A DNA stretch of 63,889 bases, counting the filler, from Octopus bimaculoides (lineage: Eukaryota): NCBI RefSeq assembly GCF_001194135.2. It is 5 parts of 4 records of this genome, joined end to end, with 100 filler letters (N's around TTAATTAATTAA, not from the genome) between each part and the next. Parts side by side here need not be neighbours in the genome. Positions count along the whole stretch, not along the records: positions 36,157 to 55,364 come from NC_068991.1; 4 more parts are not named here. One strand, written 5' to 3'. This document shows positions 36,521 through 48,777 of this stretch, piece by piece. Both the position numbers and the translations under genes were made by a program. Numbering within the stretch: the first letter of the stretch is position 1; each line of letters begins with the position of its first letter. Below the pieces are notes generated by a model that saw only the letters and a list, made by a program, of their open reading frames with translations, was not told where the DNA came from and ran no database searches.

Positions 36521-36873
36521 CCTAACTGTCAATTAAATTATTTAATTACGTTATCCTACCCTGAGCTAATTGCAATCTGGGTCAAAGATAAAGAATTAAA
36601 TTATAATGACTTATAACTGCTAAATATAATGAAACTCGAATAGGTGTATATCTTCTGTTTTGTAATGTATTGAATTTGAGAGAAAATTTATTGGTGGAAT
36701 TCAAAAAAATTAAATTAGGCTACGTTTTTTTTTTCCATGCATTCACCCTACTCTCTCACATCAGTTCAGATGTACTTTTCGAATAGAAAATAAAAAAAAA
36801 ATACAGAGAATAAGGACATATATATACATATATATACATATATATATATATCATTATTCACCGTAAGTTTTGT

Positions 36874-37240
36874 ATTCTTTTATTCTTTTAATTGTTGCAG
36901 TCATGCTGTAGCGCCGCCTTTAGTCAAGCAAATCTTATTCTTTGTAAGCCTAGTAATTATTCTATCGGTTTCTTGTGCCGAACCGCTACGTTACGAGAAC
37001 GCAAACACACCAGCATCGTTTGTCAAGCGATGTTGTTGGGACAAACACAGGCACAGACACACACACACACANNNNNNNNNNNNNNNNNNNNNNNNNNNNN
37101 NNNNNNNNNNNNNNNNNNNNNNNNNNNNNNNNNNNNNNNNNNNNNNNNNNNNNNNNNNNNNNNNNNNNNNNNNNNNNNNNNNNNNNNNNNNNNNNNNNNN
37201 NNNNNNNNNNNNNNNNNNNNNTACCAAATCCACTCACAAG
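36874..37240 (-). mobile_element. SINE family B interrupted by an N gap
   Basis: Tail, CCGAACCGCTA, GTCAAGCGATG and (CA)n before the gap; TACCAAATCCACTCACAAG after it. Confidence 0.85.
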
Positions 37241-37438
37241 TGGAAACAATTATCTTAAAAATCATGGCATATTTCTTTCTATGTTTATCTTCACCCGAAT
37301 GCTTCATCCACAGACAAACTTGACACGTGATGCCCGCCGTGCGTAACTGCAGACAGGCAAGTATTATAAAAAGAAGTATTATTACACTGCATGCCAGTGG
37401 AACATCAATGAGGAAAGTAAAGAAGAAGAATATATTTA

Positions 37439-37439
37439 C

Positions 37440-37496
<57 letters not shown>

Positions 37497-37713
37497 GGTG
37501 GTGTAGAGAGTGGAAGCAGCCTATGATTAACACTTTGAAGAGTTGAAGGAAAAAGTACAAAGAGAAACGAATGAACGCGAAGAAGCATCGTCGACCGTCT
37601 CTTGTCCTTCCCGCTTAAACATCTTCCACCCTCTCACGACAGCTTGTTGACATATATTAATGAAATAATTCTTGCCTGACAATGTGTTACAAAAACGATA
37701 TCATTAACGAAAA

Positions 37714-37765
<52 letters not shown>

Positions 37766-37923
37766 TTGCAGGTGATAAGGAGAATATTAAGTAAACAACG
37801 GGATATACCAATTCCCAGATGCTGCATCACCGAGAAAATATTTGACAAGAACAGAAAATGGCGAATTGTGCACTTGTCAAATTTGTTCATGTTTATCTGT
37901 AGTTTATTGTAATCATCATTAAA

Positions 37924-37956
<33 letters not shown>

Positions 37957-37968
37957 TATTATTATTAT

Positions 37969-38027
<59 letters not shown>

Positions 38028-38028
38028 T
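37439..38028. repeat. Cluster of (GAT)n(GGT)n, (CTA)n and (TAT)n(CTA)n tracts
   Basis: Tracts at about 37439-37503, 37715-37767 and 37923-38028. Confidence 0.93.
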
Positions 38029-38339
38029 TGAGTGAGAGAGCAGTGAATGCCATCAAACAACACAATCCGAAACATCTTATAGGTTAGCGCTCCTAAACAT
38101 GTAGCAATAATGTGAACCTCCGATTCACAATTATTGCAGAAGTCGTCCCTAATTTGGAGGCAGCATGTAACATCGATGCTAATAATATTGTCAGAATGGA
38201 ATTTCTTTTTCAGCATCTCAAAATATAGTGAAGCATTCCGAAACATGAATTTCCACAAGGCTCTTTGGGCGTAAATACGAAAGAGAATTCTCCAAGATAA
38301 ATGCGTTTTAAATACTTTCGGTTCAAGGTTGTGATATAG

Positions 38340-39210
38340 CCCTGGGGCAGTATGAGTCAATAATGGCGAATGCGTGCATTGAAATGCCTCGAGAGTGAAA
38401 ACTCATGGCCACAAAATTGTCATTTTCACGAACCGGAAAGACATCACATGGACGAGAAAAGAATTTCTTAAATATACTGGTTAAACAAACGAATGTGAAT
38501 GAGCGGAAACAGATAAGAGATTGTCATTCGCACGCATTGAAATCCCAATAAGCAGCTACCATGAAAATGAGTAAACTTAAGGAAAATGAGAGCTGAACAA
38601 ACTCTAAAGAATATGCACACTTCGATTATGTTGGCATGAAAAAAATATCTGAAGAAACATCTGTTTTAGATGGAATACAAATAAAAATTGTGAGATGCCC
38701 TGAGGGCATCACAACTGGTCTTTTTAAATCATCCAAGGACACACTTCCGAATCTCCTCAGATATTATTCCAAAGATTCTAAAAAATGTATTACGCTACCC
38801 GAAGAAGCTAAAAGTATGTGCCACAGAACGTGTGAAGGTGAATGGATTGGTGATTAAGATGCTACACACAGAATCCTAAGACTGTGGTTTCGCTTACTGG
38901 ACCCAGCGAGGTGTTGTGTTCTTCAGCAAAATATTTCATTTCATGCTGGCCAAAACATGAGGAATGGTGTCAAGAAACGGCATCCCCTCCAGGAAGGAAA
39001 TATATACGACACTAATTCTACGAAACTGGTCTTGAGAATCTTTTGGTCAGGAGTGACTTTTGATCACAAAGATCACATCACAGAAGATCGAAGATCTTGG
39101 TTGGGAAAAATTCCTCTTCCACCTTATTCTCCCGACCTTGCTCTTTCCGACTACTATTTGTTTCGTAGTTTACAGAAACATTTGGGGGACATAACTTTCG
39201 CAAGCTAGGA
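38340..39210 (+). mobile_element. Mariner remnant
   Basis: PPYSPDLALSDYYLFRSLQKHL in ORF 38957-39208. The upstream boundary is uncertain. Confidence 0.7.
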
Positions 39211-41244
39211 GGAGGTCGAAACTGAAATCGCGATACACAGATATCGTTTTGAGTTGAGTAGGGCGTGCTAGTTTCCCTTGTTCGAAAATATAAGGACACA
39301 GATCGTGTCGTATAGCTAACTGGAGACGATCTCTCCTGGGACTAAATTACAGTAACATTCGTCCTAAACCAGGTCTGCCACGTTATGTTGGCACATACGC
39401 TTTACTCCAAAGTATTGTTGTTGAATATCTCTCGTTCTGAGATTTACAAACAGTAATTTTCTAATTAAAATATATGAATGACATTGTTTTCCTTGAGAGC
39501 AGAAACATAAACGACTACATGACAAGTTTCGATACAATTTAATTCTTCAAATTCTTTACTGATTTTTTTATTAAATTTAGTGTAATTAGCATTAGTTAAC
39601 ACAAGTTTCAAAATGGAAGCACATTGTAGATAAGATTGCATAAGAACAACAATATTAAACAGCTGCAATAATTTAGTTTCTGATATTAAAATAATTTGAT
39701 GTTGTTTGGTGTTTCCAAATAATAGAGCGATGTCATGTGTAAAGTGTCGTTCGATGAGAGTTAATGCGGAAATGCAAAAGTTCCGCTCTACGTTACTGCA
39801 TACAACCCTTAAGACGGTTGGAGTATGATGGAGTATAAGTTTGTTTTGTTGCGCATGCAGATAAATAAAAAGGCTTGCCTATGCTCAAGATGCTTAAAAA
39901 GCGTTCCATATTCGCACGCTTGCATCTTGTCTCATGCAATATATTTCTTAATCTAATAAAGTTTCTGGATGTAATAAAATAGTAGCCGAAGTTCTCTCAA
40001 TATTTCACAATACCATCTTAAGATATGGAATGCAAGGGTCCATAGTAAGACAGACGGAAGAATTATATAACCCTAGGTACACTATATTTAAGATAGTTAG
40101 GTCAGTTTGATCTCCGTACACACAACACATGCAAGGGAGATCATCGGAATAAATTATATTACAAAGAATTTTAAAACAAGATTATCGTTCTCATTGTGGC
40201 CAACAGTCTAGTTTAAATTACGCATGTAATTATTTTTGTGCCGCCCGACATGATTACATTCAGTATGGTGTATTTGATAGCTCCTTCACGTAATGATATC
40301 AGCAGTCATTTTAAACTGCAGCAGCCGACCTGATCATGTTGTATGTGCGGTATGGTATATAGATGATACGCGGGCGGTGTGGAACAGAGCTGTAACGGTG
40401 GTAATAAGTGTAGATTGTTTAAATACGGCGTTAAATGTGGAGTCTCCACGTCAAGTGTTTACGCGAAGCGATTTGGAATCGTAAAATATAGAAATGTGAA
40501 TGATAAAGTAAATAGTCTGTAAGTGTACATTTATTTTCTGATGCTACAACTAACAAATTATCTACCATATTTCGGCTCACAGAACACTGATTTACGTCAA
40601 ACTGGAATTATTGCAAGAGCAATATCATCGAAAATAATTATACAGAGGAAGGCGATGTAATTTGTCTCAATTAATAATCAAAGCAAATATAAAGCTCACT
40701 GTATCAAACAATATACTGGTTACACAGACTTGCATTAATGAAGAAATATAACGAACTAAATGTAAAATGGGCGAATATTTCGCTCACGCACACACACATA
40801 TACACATGCACAGAAACGCACACATCTGTTTATGATATTGGCATATTTTATGATATCAGTTATACGAAAACGTATTATATGTTATTAGTGCTTCGTAGCA
40901 GTGCTTAGATATACTCTCCAGTGCGGTAAGTGTTCAAATCTATCGTAATTCTTCAACCGATGATATAGGTACAAATCAATCAAGATTAGGTACAACATCG
41001 ATTTTCCAGAACCTTCAATTCCAAAGTCTTTCCGGGTTTGCGCCCATGTGGGACCTTCATGAATCATTGTGATTTCAGTCAGTTTTTTTCTTAATGAATG
41101 CATAACTGGATGACAAATCCCTATTTACTTTAGTGAGGACGCATTTGTCATTATACATGGATTGCACACAATAGATCTACCGCCAACCCTGCCTTGGAGC
41201 TTTCACTGTTAAAATACCTGATTCTCTGGAATCCTGCAAATGTA

Positions 41245-41275
<31 letters not shown>

Positions 41276-41885
41276 CTGAGAGTACACATAAGATAATATG
41301 AACACAAATACAAAGTTAGGAGAAAAGTAATCGTTTATATGGAATAATATATAAAAAAATATTCCATAGCCATTATAACAAATTACCTGTCATAAATAAC
41401 TTTATTTAAAGCTTGAATACATGATTTCTCTAGGAATAAGAAAATAACGAAGTATGACTTAAATATATGGATATGAGTACAATCAGCATCATAAATGTAC
41501 GAATGCACCTAAGCATCAAGTTATACAAATAAAGTAAGAATTATATTTTTAGCGAATATCAACCGTATTTCCGTTTGTTCTACAGGGTTCTTGATATTCA
41601 AAGAGATTAATTTGCATCTCGGGAGGGTCATTATTCGAATAATAGACAAACTCAATCGTTCTACGTCATGAAGTTTGTGATTAATCAATTCGCTGATATT
41701 TAACCCATTAACTAATCGATTGTTTCATTAATCATATAAGCATCAATTGGAAAGGGTATGTCATTGAGGAATTTACTCGTGGTGATGAAAGGGCTTTACC
41801 AAACTGAACTGCTCGGTTGACTGATTGACCCCAACGAGTTATCAAGTAATCGGTTAATTCGTTATGTGTTAACTAATTGACTAAT

Positions 41886-42328
41886 AACCCTTTTCTATTA
41901 TCGACACAAGGCTTGATGATTTGGGAGTGGGTGCTAGTTAATTAATCGACCCAAATGCGCAATTAATACTAATGTTATTGACCCTGAAATGAGAAAAGGA
42001 AAACCCGACCTCGGCGGAATTTTATATCTGAAGATAAAGGTGGACGAAATGCCCTAAGCCTTTTGTCCGGCTTGCTAAACATATTTCCAACTCTTAAAAT
42101 TGACCAATAACGGTATCAAGTGTTACCAAAAAGCCAGCATTTTCTGTAAAATGGTTAATTTGATTACGGCAAGCCCAGTGTTCAACTGGTACTTACTTTA
42201 TCGATATCGAAAGGATGAAAAGCAAAGTCTTCCTCGATAGAATTTCAAATTTAGAACGTATATACAGACGAAATGCCGCGAAATGCCACGAAGTATTGTG
42301 TCATGTTTGCTAACAATTGTACCAGCTA
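41886..42328 (-). mobile_element. Two adjacent diverged family D copies (41886-42093 and 42122-42328)
   Basis: CGACCTCGGCGGAATTT and CAACTGGTACTTA..GAAAGGATGAAA motifs. Confidence 0.7.
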
Positions 42329-42630
42329 ACAACTTCTGAATTCACTAATAAAGATACTAGAAACGAAATCGTGTGTGTGCACATTATTGCCAAAATAACG
42401 CTTCCCAGGTAGAACGAAAACTCTCGTAATATTATGAAAAGAAAATCCTAGACTTAACATCACTGACATACGATAAACACGCACACACAATCGCACACAC
42501 ACTCACACACACTCACACACATGCACACATATATTTATTATATATATATTTATTTATACATATATATTTTTTATTGTGTGTCCGTCTGGGTGTGTGCGCC
42601 TCTGTATATCTCTCTCTCTCTCCCTCTCTA

Positions 42631-42715
<85 letters not shown>

Positions 42716-43050
42716 CGAATGTTTTTTTTTTACTATAGTTCCCTGGTTTACAATCCTGTAAATAATAATAATAATGGTATTTTTTTATATAAGCTTAAAG
42801 CTTATGAATAAGGAAAATAGTCTTATAAAGGGGCATATAAGACTTCGACAGAAAAAGGAAGGCTACGGAAGCCTGTATATGTGTGTATCTACGCACAAAT
42901 GTATTTATATATGTATATATATAGTTGTATGTTGTGTTTGCATGTCTTTGTGAGGAGAGTGAGAGAGGTGCAGTGAGAGATACACAGACAGGGGAGGGTG
43001 AGAGTTGCAGCAAGATTCATACTTGAGAATACAAAACAGGAAAGACAAAT

Positions 43051-43270
43051 TTTTTTCCTAATTTGTAGCACTAGGCCAGCAAGTTTGGCGGGGGGGGGGG
43101 TAAGTCGATTGTATTGGCTTCAGTACTCAACCGCTACTCATTTTATCGAATCTGAAAGGATGAGGAGCAAAGTAGACCTCGGGGGGAATTTGAACTCAGA
43201 AGATAAAGGTAGACGAAAAGACGGTAAGCGTTTCGTCCAGCGCGCTAACGATTCCGCCACGTCTCCGCCT
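43051..43270 (-). mobile_element. SINE family D
   Basis: GAAAGGATGA..GACCTCGG..GAATTTGAACTCAGAA..GCTAACGATTC..CCGCCT. Confidence 0.82.
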
Positions 43271-43470
43271 TAGGAGAGAGAAGGTATCATTAAGACGCAG
43301 AATAAGAATAAGCGAAAACGAATGAGACAATAAATGGTAATAAGAGAAAAAGCAGAGAAAGATGGGAAGAATGAGAGACAAAGGAAAATCTGTTACTTTG
43401 GAGATGAAAAATACTACAACATAACGGCAGCTGGAAAGATAGAAGAGCTACAGAAATACAAGACTGAAGT

Positions 43471-43504
<34 letters not shown>

Positions 43505-43835
43505 NNNNNNNNNNNNNNNNNNNNNNNNNNNNNNNNNNNNNNNNNNNNNNNNNNNNNNNNNNNNNNNNNNNNNNNNNNNNNNNNNNNNNNNNNNNNNNNN
43601 NNNNNNNNNNNNNNNNNNNNNNNNNNNNNNNNNNNNNNNNNNNNNNNNNNNNNNNNNNNNNNNNNNNNNNNNNNNNNNNNNNNNNNNNNNNNNNNNNNNN
43701 NNNNNNNNNNNNNNNNNNNNNNNNNNNNNNNNNNNNNNNNNNNNNNNNNNNNNNNNNNNNNNNNNNNNNNNNNNNNNNNNNNNNNNNNNNNNNNNNNNNN
43801 NNNNNNNNNNNNNNNNNNNNNNNNNNNNNNNNNNN

Positions 43836-43870
<35 letters not shown>

Positions 43871-44029
43871 TAGATAGATAAGTATGTATATACATGTATG
43901 TATGTATTAGTGTATGTCTATACATATACCATACATGTATACATGTTTGTGCTTTGTGTGTATTAAGAGAGAACGATGGAGAGTATTATTAAACATGGAA
44001 AGAATATAAAACATAGAAATCGAGTATTT

Positions 44030-44470
44030 CCGGTCCGGGCGCCTTTTGAGATTGGAGGATTCTCTGGAAGTTGCCATACATTCTAGAAATATCGATTGGA
44101 CATGAGCCAAAATTGTGATATTTAGTATCAAGAAATCAAGGTGTAGGAATGGAGATAGGGATAAAATATGGATTTATCATATATCTACTAGTATTGGTGC
44201 AGGTATACGTGGTGGTATGAGTTAATCTATCGGTAGTGTTTTAGTAGCCATTTTAGTTTTGATCTCACTGTCTTTTTAGAAATCAGGGGTTGTGCGTTTA
44301 ATGTTATCAATTGGCGTTTTGTAGTGGTGGTGTTTAGGGGTGAAATCATAACAATGTTGTTTTTTTCTGTTGTTTTTTTTTCCTTTTAGCTGTTAATCAT
44401 CCCTGACGAGGCAGATATAACTGGCACTGTGCCGGATACGACGTCAAGCGTTCCAGTTGATCAGCACACT
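44030..44470 (+). mobile_element. Probable Penelope-like 3' fragment
   Basis: EVAIHSRNIDWT*AKIV resembles the H..IDW..AKI tail of PLE GIY-YIG domains; downstream CTGACGA GGCA...TGCC GGATAC looks like a decayed hammerhead. Confidence 0.4.
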
Positions 44471-44577
44471 AATGCATACATCTACGCTACACATGCATCA
44501 CGTACCTTCCTATAACCTGTGCATCATACAGTGAATACAGTCACACACATCCTAACGTACCGACGACATACACAAAT

Positions 44578-44713
44578 GTGCCTGTGGGGTAAAAAGCTTG
44601 CTTCCCAATCACATAGTCGCCGGTTCAATCCCACTGCGTGGCACCTCGAACAAGTGTCTTTTACTATAGCCTCGTGAGTAGATTTGGTAGGCGGAAACTG
44701 GAAGTGGCATGAC

Positions 44714-44753
<40 letters not shown>
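44578..44753 (+). mobile_element. SINE family B 5' half
   Basis: CCGGTTCAATCCCACTGCGTGGCACC..GATTTGGTAG.CGGAAACTG, then (TG)n. Confidence 0.8.
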
Positions 44754-44755
<2 letters not shown>

Positions 44756-44829
44756 AGGCGCGTGGCTCAGTGGTTCGGGCATTCGGCTCACGGTCGTAAG
44801 GTCGTGAGTACAATTCCCGGCAACGCGTT
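44754..44829 (+). mobile_element. SINE family C tRNA-like head nested at the (TG)n of a family B copy
   Basis: GAAGGCGCGTGGCTCAGTGGTTCGGGCATTCGGCTCACGGTCGTAAGGTCGTGAGTACAATTCC. The T stem is broken, so this is not a functional tRNA. Confidence 0.75.
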
Positions 44830-44996
44830 ATATGTTGTTAGTACCTGTGATACTGGCGGGTGAGGGATAGAGTGTGTTAGTATTTTCCTTCTTTTTTTTT
44901 TTTTGGTGTTTGCTTTTACAAGAGCTGAAAGTCTGTTAAATATAGCATTTCTCTGAATTGCTATTCTTTATGAATAGAACGGCAAACGGCAATGAC

Positions 44997-45076
44997 GATG
45001 ATGATGATGGTGATGCTGATGATAAACAATGATAATATTAGGAAGAAACAGGAGGTGAAGAAGCAGCAGCAGCACC

Positions 45077-45128
<52 letters not shown>

Positions 45129-45161
45129 ATGAGAATAACATGAAAACGATGTTGATTTTGA

Positions 45162-45192
<31 letters not shown>

Positions 45193-45270
45193 ATTGGTAG
45201 TGATGACGGTGATGCGAATAATAAAAAAGGAATGATATTAAGAAGAAACAGCAGCAGCAGCTGCAGCAGC

Positions 45271-45316
<46 letters not shown>

Positions 45317-45429
45317 AACTAGTAGTTAGAAGAACATTAAGAAAAAGATGATGTTGATGATAATATTTCTGGTCGTGGTGGTGGTGGTGGTGATGATGAT
45401 GTTGATAATGACGATGATGTTGATGATGG

Positions 45430-45461
<32 letters not shown>

Positions 45462-45870
45462 GTGAAGATGAAGACAATGACACTAGAGGGCATAAAAGTT
45501 ATAAATAGTTGAAAGAAGAAGAGAAAACAAAACAAATAATCTATGAAATAAATTCGAAGAGTTGGACTAACAACACAACGGAAACGAATAAAACAGTAAA
45601 GAATTCTGGGATACAAAAGAAAGAACAAATTAAAGAATGTTACCATTCGTAAGAACTGACTGTTTCCGAGTGGAAAGCTTATTTTGGAAAATATAAATTC
45701 TTTATGAAAAATCGTTTCCAAAATAAATCGCTTTATATCAATATACACGCGATAGTTAAGAGGAAGATGCGAGTGGTGATGTCGATGGCGGTGGTGGGGG
45801 GATAGTAGCAGCGGCGGCGGCGGCGGCGGCAGTGGTGGAGGTGATGGTGGTGGTGGTGGTGGTAGAAAAG
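44997..45870. repeat. Extended compound trinucleotide region (GAT, CAG, TAG, GGT, GGC)
   Basis: Directly visible; produces spurious poly-I, poly-T and poly-P ORFs. Confidence 0.9.
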
Positions 45871-46720
45871 ATGCAATGGAATCTTTTAAAGTTCCTCTCA
45901 GTTTGACATTAGGACATATATATAATACGTCCATATGTACATGACTGAATATATATGCATATNNNNNNNNNNNNNNNNNNNNNNNNNNNNNNNNNNNNNN
46001 NNNNNNNNNNNNNNNNNNNNNNNNNNNNNNNNNNNNNNNNNNNNNNNNNNNNNNNNNNNNNNNNNNNNNNNNNNNNNNNNNNNNNNNNNNNNNNNNNNNN
46101 NNNNNNNNNNNNNNNNNNNNNNNNNNNNNNNNNNNNNNNNNNNNNNNNNNNNNNNNNNNNNNNNNNNNNNNNNNNNNNNNNNNNNNNNNNNNNNNNNNNN
46201 NNNNNNNNNNNNNNNNNNNNNNNNNNNNNNNNNNNNNNNNNNNNNNNNNNNNNNNNNNNNNNNNNNNNNNNNNNNNNNNNNNNNNNNNNNNNNNNNNNNN
46301 NNNNNNNNNNNNNNNNNNNNNNNNNNNNNNNNNNNNNNNNNNNNNNNNNNNNNNNNNNNNNNNNNNNNNNNNNNNNNNNNNNNNNNNNNNNNNNNNNNNN
46401 NNNNNNNNNNNNNNNNNNNNNNNNNNNNNNNNNNNNNNNNNNNNNNNNNNNNNNNNNNNNNNNNNNNNNNNNNNNNNNNNNNNNNNNNNNNNNNNNNNNN
46501 NNNNNNNNNNNNNNNNNNNNNNNNNNNNNNNNNNNNNNNNNNNNNNNNNNNNNNNNNNNNNNNNNNNNNNNNNNNNNNNNNNNNNNNNNNNNNNNNNNNN
46601 NNNNNNNNNNNNNNNNNNNNNNNNNNNNNNNNNNNNNNNNNNNNNNNNNNNNNNNNNNNNNNNNNNNNNNNNNNNNNNNNTGTATATATATATATATGTA
46701 TATATATATATACGAAGATG

Positions 46721-46843
46721 TATCCTTTTCTACTCTACGCACAAGGCCCGAAATTTTTGGGAAGGGAACCAGTCGATTAGATCGACCTCAGTACGCAAGT
46801 GGTACTTAATTTGTCGACCCCGAAAGGAGTCTGCTCGTCGCCT
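46721..46843 (-). mobile_element. SINE family D with large internal deletion
   Basis: CACAAGGCCCGAAATT..AGTCGATTAGATCGACC..GTCGACCCCGAAAGGA, then TCGCCT. Confidence 0.82.
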
Positions 46844-46863
46844 CGTATACGAAGAAGTATTGT

Positions 46864-47170
46864 GAAGGCACAACGCTTGGTAGTGAGAGTAAGCGGCTCA
46901 CAATCGTGAGGTCGTCAGTTCGATTTCTAGCGGTGAGATGTGTCCTTGGGCAATATACTTTGTTTAACGTTGATATAGTGCACTCAGCTGATAAGAAATG
47001 AAATAGTGCAAAGAGTCAGCCTTGTTACACTTTGTGTCACGCTGAATCACCCTGAGAACTATGTTAAGGGTACGCGAAGCTGTGGAGTGCTGAACCACTT
47101 TCAAGTTAATGTTACGAGGAGGCTGTTCTGTTGATCGGATCAATTGGAACACTCGTCGAGGTAACCGACG
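46864..47170 (+). mobile_element. SINE family C (different tRNA-like head, 3' half shared with family A)
   Basis: GAAGGC..head, GTGTCCTTGGGCAA central motif, then CAGCCTTG..GTCACGCTGAAT..TTGATCGGATCAA..GTAACCGACG as in family A. Confidence 0.75.
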
Positions 47171-48161
47171 CACGGCTAGTTTAACAAAGAAGCATTACAC
47201 ACACCTGCACACACACACACACGCACACACACACGCACACACACACACACACCACAGTCACACAGACACAGACACATACGTATGTTTATGTATCTCTATC
47301 TCTATTTGTCAAACTCTCTCTCTCTCTGTCCTTATCTCTCCCTCTTTCTCTACCCCATCTCTTTCTTTGTATATATATATATATATATATNNNNNNNNNN
47401 NNNNNNNNNNNNNNNNNNNNNNNNNNNNNNNNNNNNNNNNNNNNNNNNNNNNNNNNNNNNNNNNNNNNNNNNNNNNNNNNNNNNNNNNNNNNNNNNNNNN
47501 NNNNNNNNNNNNNNNNNNNNNNNNNNNNNNNNNNNNNNNNNNNNNNNNNNNNNNNNNNNNNNNNNNNNNNNNNNNNNNNNNNNNNNNNNNNNNNNNNNNN
47601 NNNNNNNNNNNNNNNNNNNNNNNNNNNNNNNNNNNNNNNNNNNNNNNNNNNNNNNNNNNNNNNNNNNNNNNNNNNNNNNNNNNNNNNNNNNNNNNNNNNN
47701 NNNNNNNNNNNNNNNNNNNNNNNNNNNNNNNNNNNNNNNNNNNNNNNNNNNNNNNNNNNNNNNNNNNNNNNNNNNNNNNNNNNNNNNNNNNNNNNNNNNN
47801 NNNNNNNNNNNNNNNNNNNNNNNNNNNNNNNNNNNNNNNNNNNNNNNNNNNNNNNNNNNNNNNNNNNNNNNNNNNNNNNNNNNNNNNNNNNNNNNNNNNN
47901 NNNNNNNNNNNNNNNNNNNNNNNNNNNNNNGTATTTAGGGAAAAAATAATCATTAAAAATATTCGAGAATTATGAACGATAAAATTATGATACAATAATT
48001 ATAAAACGTAAAAGATAAAATAATAAGAGATAGTAATGATAAATGATAAAATAACGAAGAGTTTTTAAAATAAATTTTAAAAGATAAAAGAAATACCGTT
48101 ACAGCATGCAATGGATTTCTATGTATCTGTGACATGCTATGGGCTTATGAAGAAGAAAACT

Positions 48162-48474
48162 GGCGGCGCAATGGCACAATGGTTAGGATACCGGACTCGC
48201 GGTCACAGGATTCACGGGTTCGGTTCCCAGACCGGGCGTAGTTAGTGTTTATTGACCGAAAACGCCTAAAGTTCCACGAGGCCCAGGCAGCGGGGTGGTG
48301 GCAAACCCTGCTGTATTCTTTCATCACAACTTTATATCACTCTTTGTCCCTATTTCTGTTGTAGCTGTATTTCAAAGATCCAGACTTGTCACGCTCTGTG
48401 TCACGCTGATTTCCCGTGGGAATTACATTGAGGGTACACGTGTCTATAGTGTGCTCAGCCACTTGCACGTTAAT
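48162..48474 (+). mobile_element. SINE family A lacking the 3' tail
   Basis: Same head and body; similarity stops at CACGTTAAT. Confidence 0.88.
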
Positions 48475-48565
48475 CTATACGCCATGAAAACCAGGAAATC
48501 GGTCCTTATGAGTCAATATAACACGGGAAGGAACTTCACATTATTTTACTATTCTAGCCTTACAT

Positions 48566-48777
48566 AAGGCAGCCAAATGGCAGAATCGCTAGCACGCCAG
48601 ACAACATTATAAAGATGTCTGTCTTTACATTCTAAGTTCAAATTCCGTTAAAGTCGACTTTGCCCTTCATCCCTTCATGGTCTATAAAATAAGTACCAAT
48701 TGCCCACTTGGGTCGATTATATCAACTTACCCTATACACCAAATTTTAGAACTTGCGCCTATATTGGAAAAAGTTCA
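48566..48777 (+). mobile_element. SINE family D, diverged
   Basis: GGCAGAATCGCTAGCACGCC..AGTTCAAATTCCG..GTCGACTTTGCC.TTCATCC. Confidence 0.78.

Noticed and set aside
38025-38360. 111-aa minus-strand ORF with Cys residues
   Set aside because: No motif recognised, no splice context, and it lies between a microsatellite and a mariner remnant.
44754-44829. Possible tRNA-Val(CAC) gene
   Set aside because: T stem and acceptor stem do not pair properly; it is the head of SINE family C.
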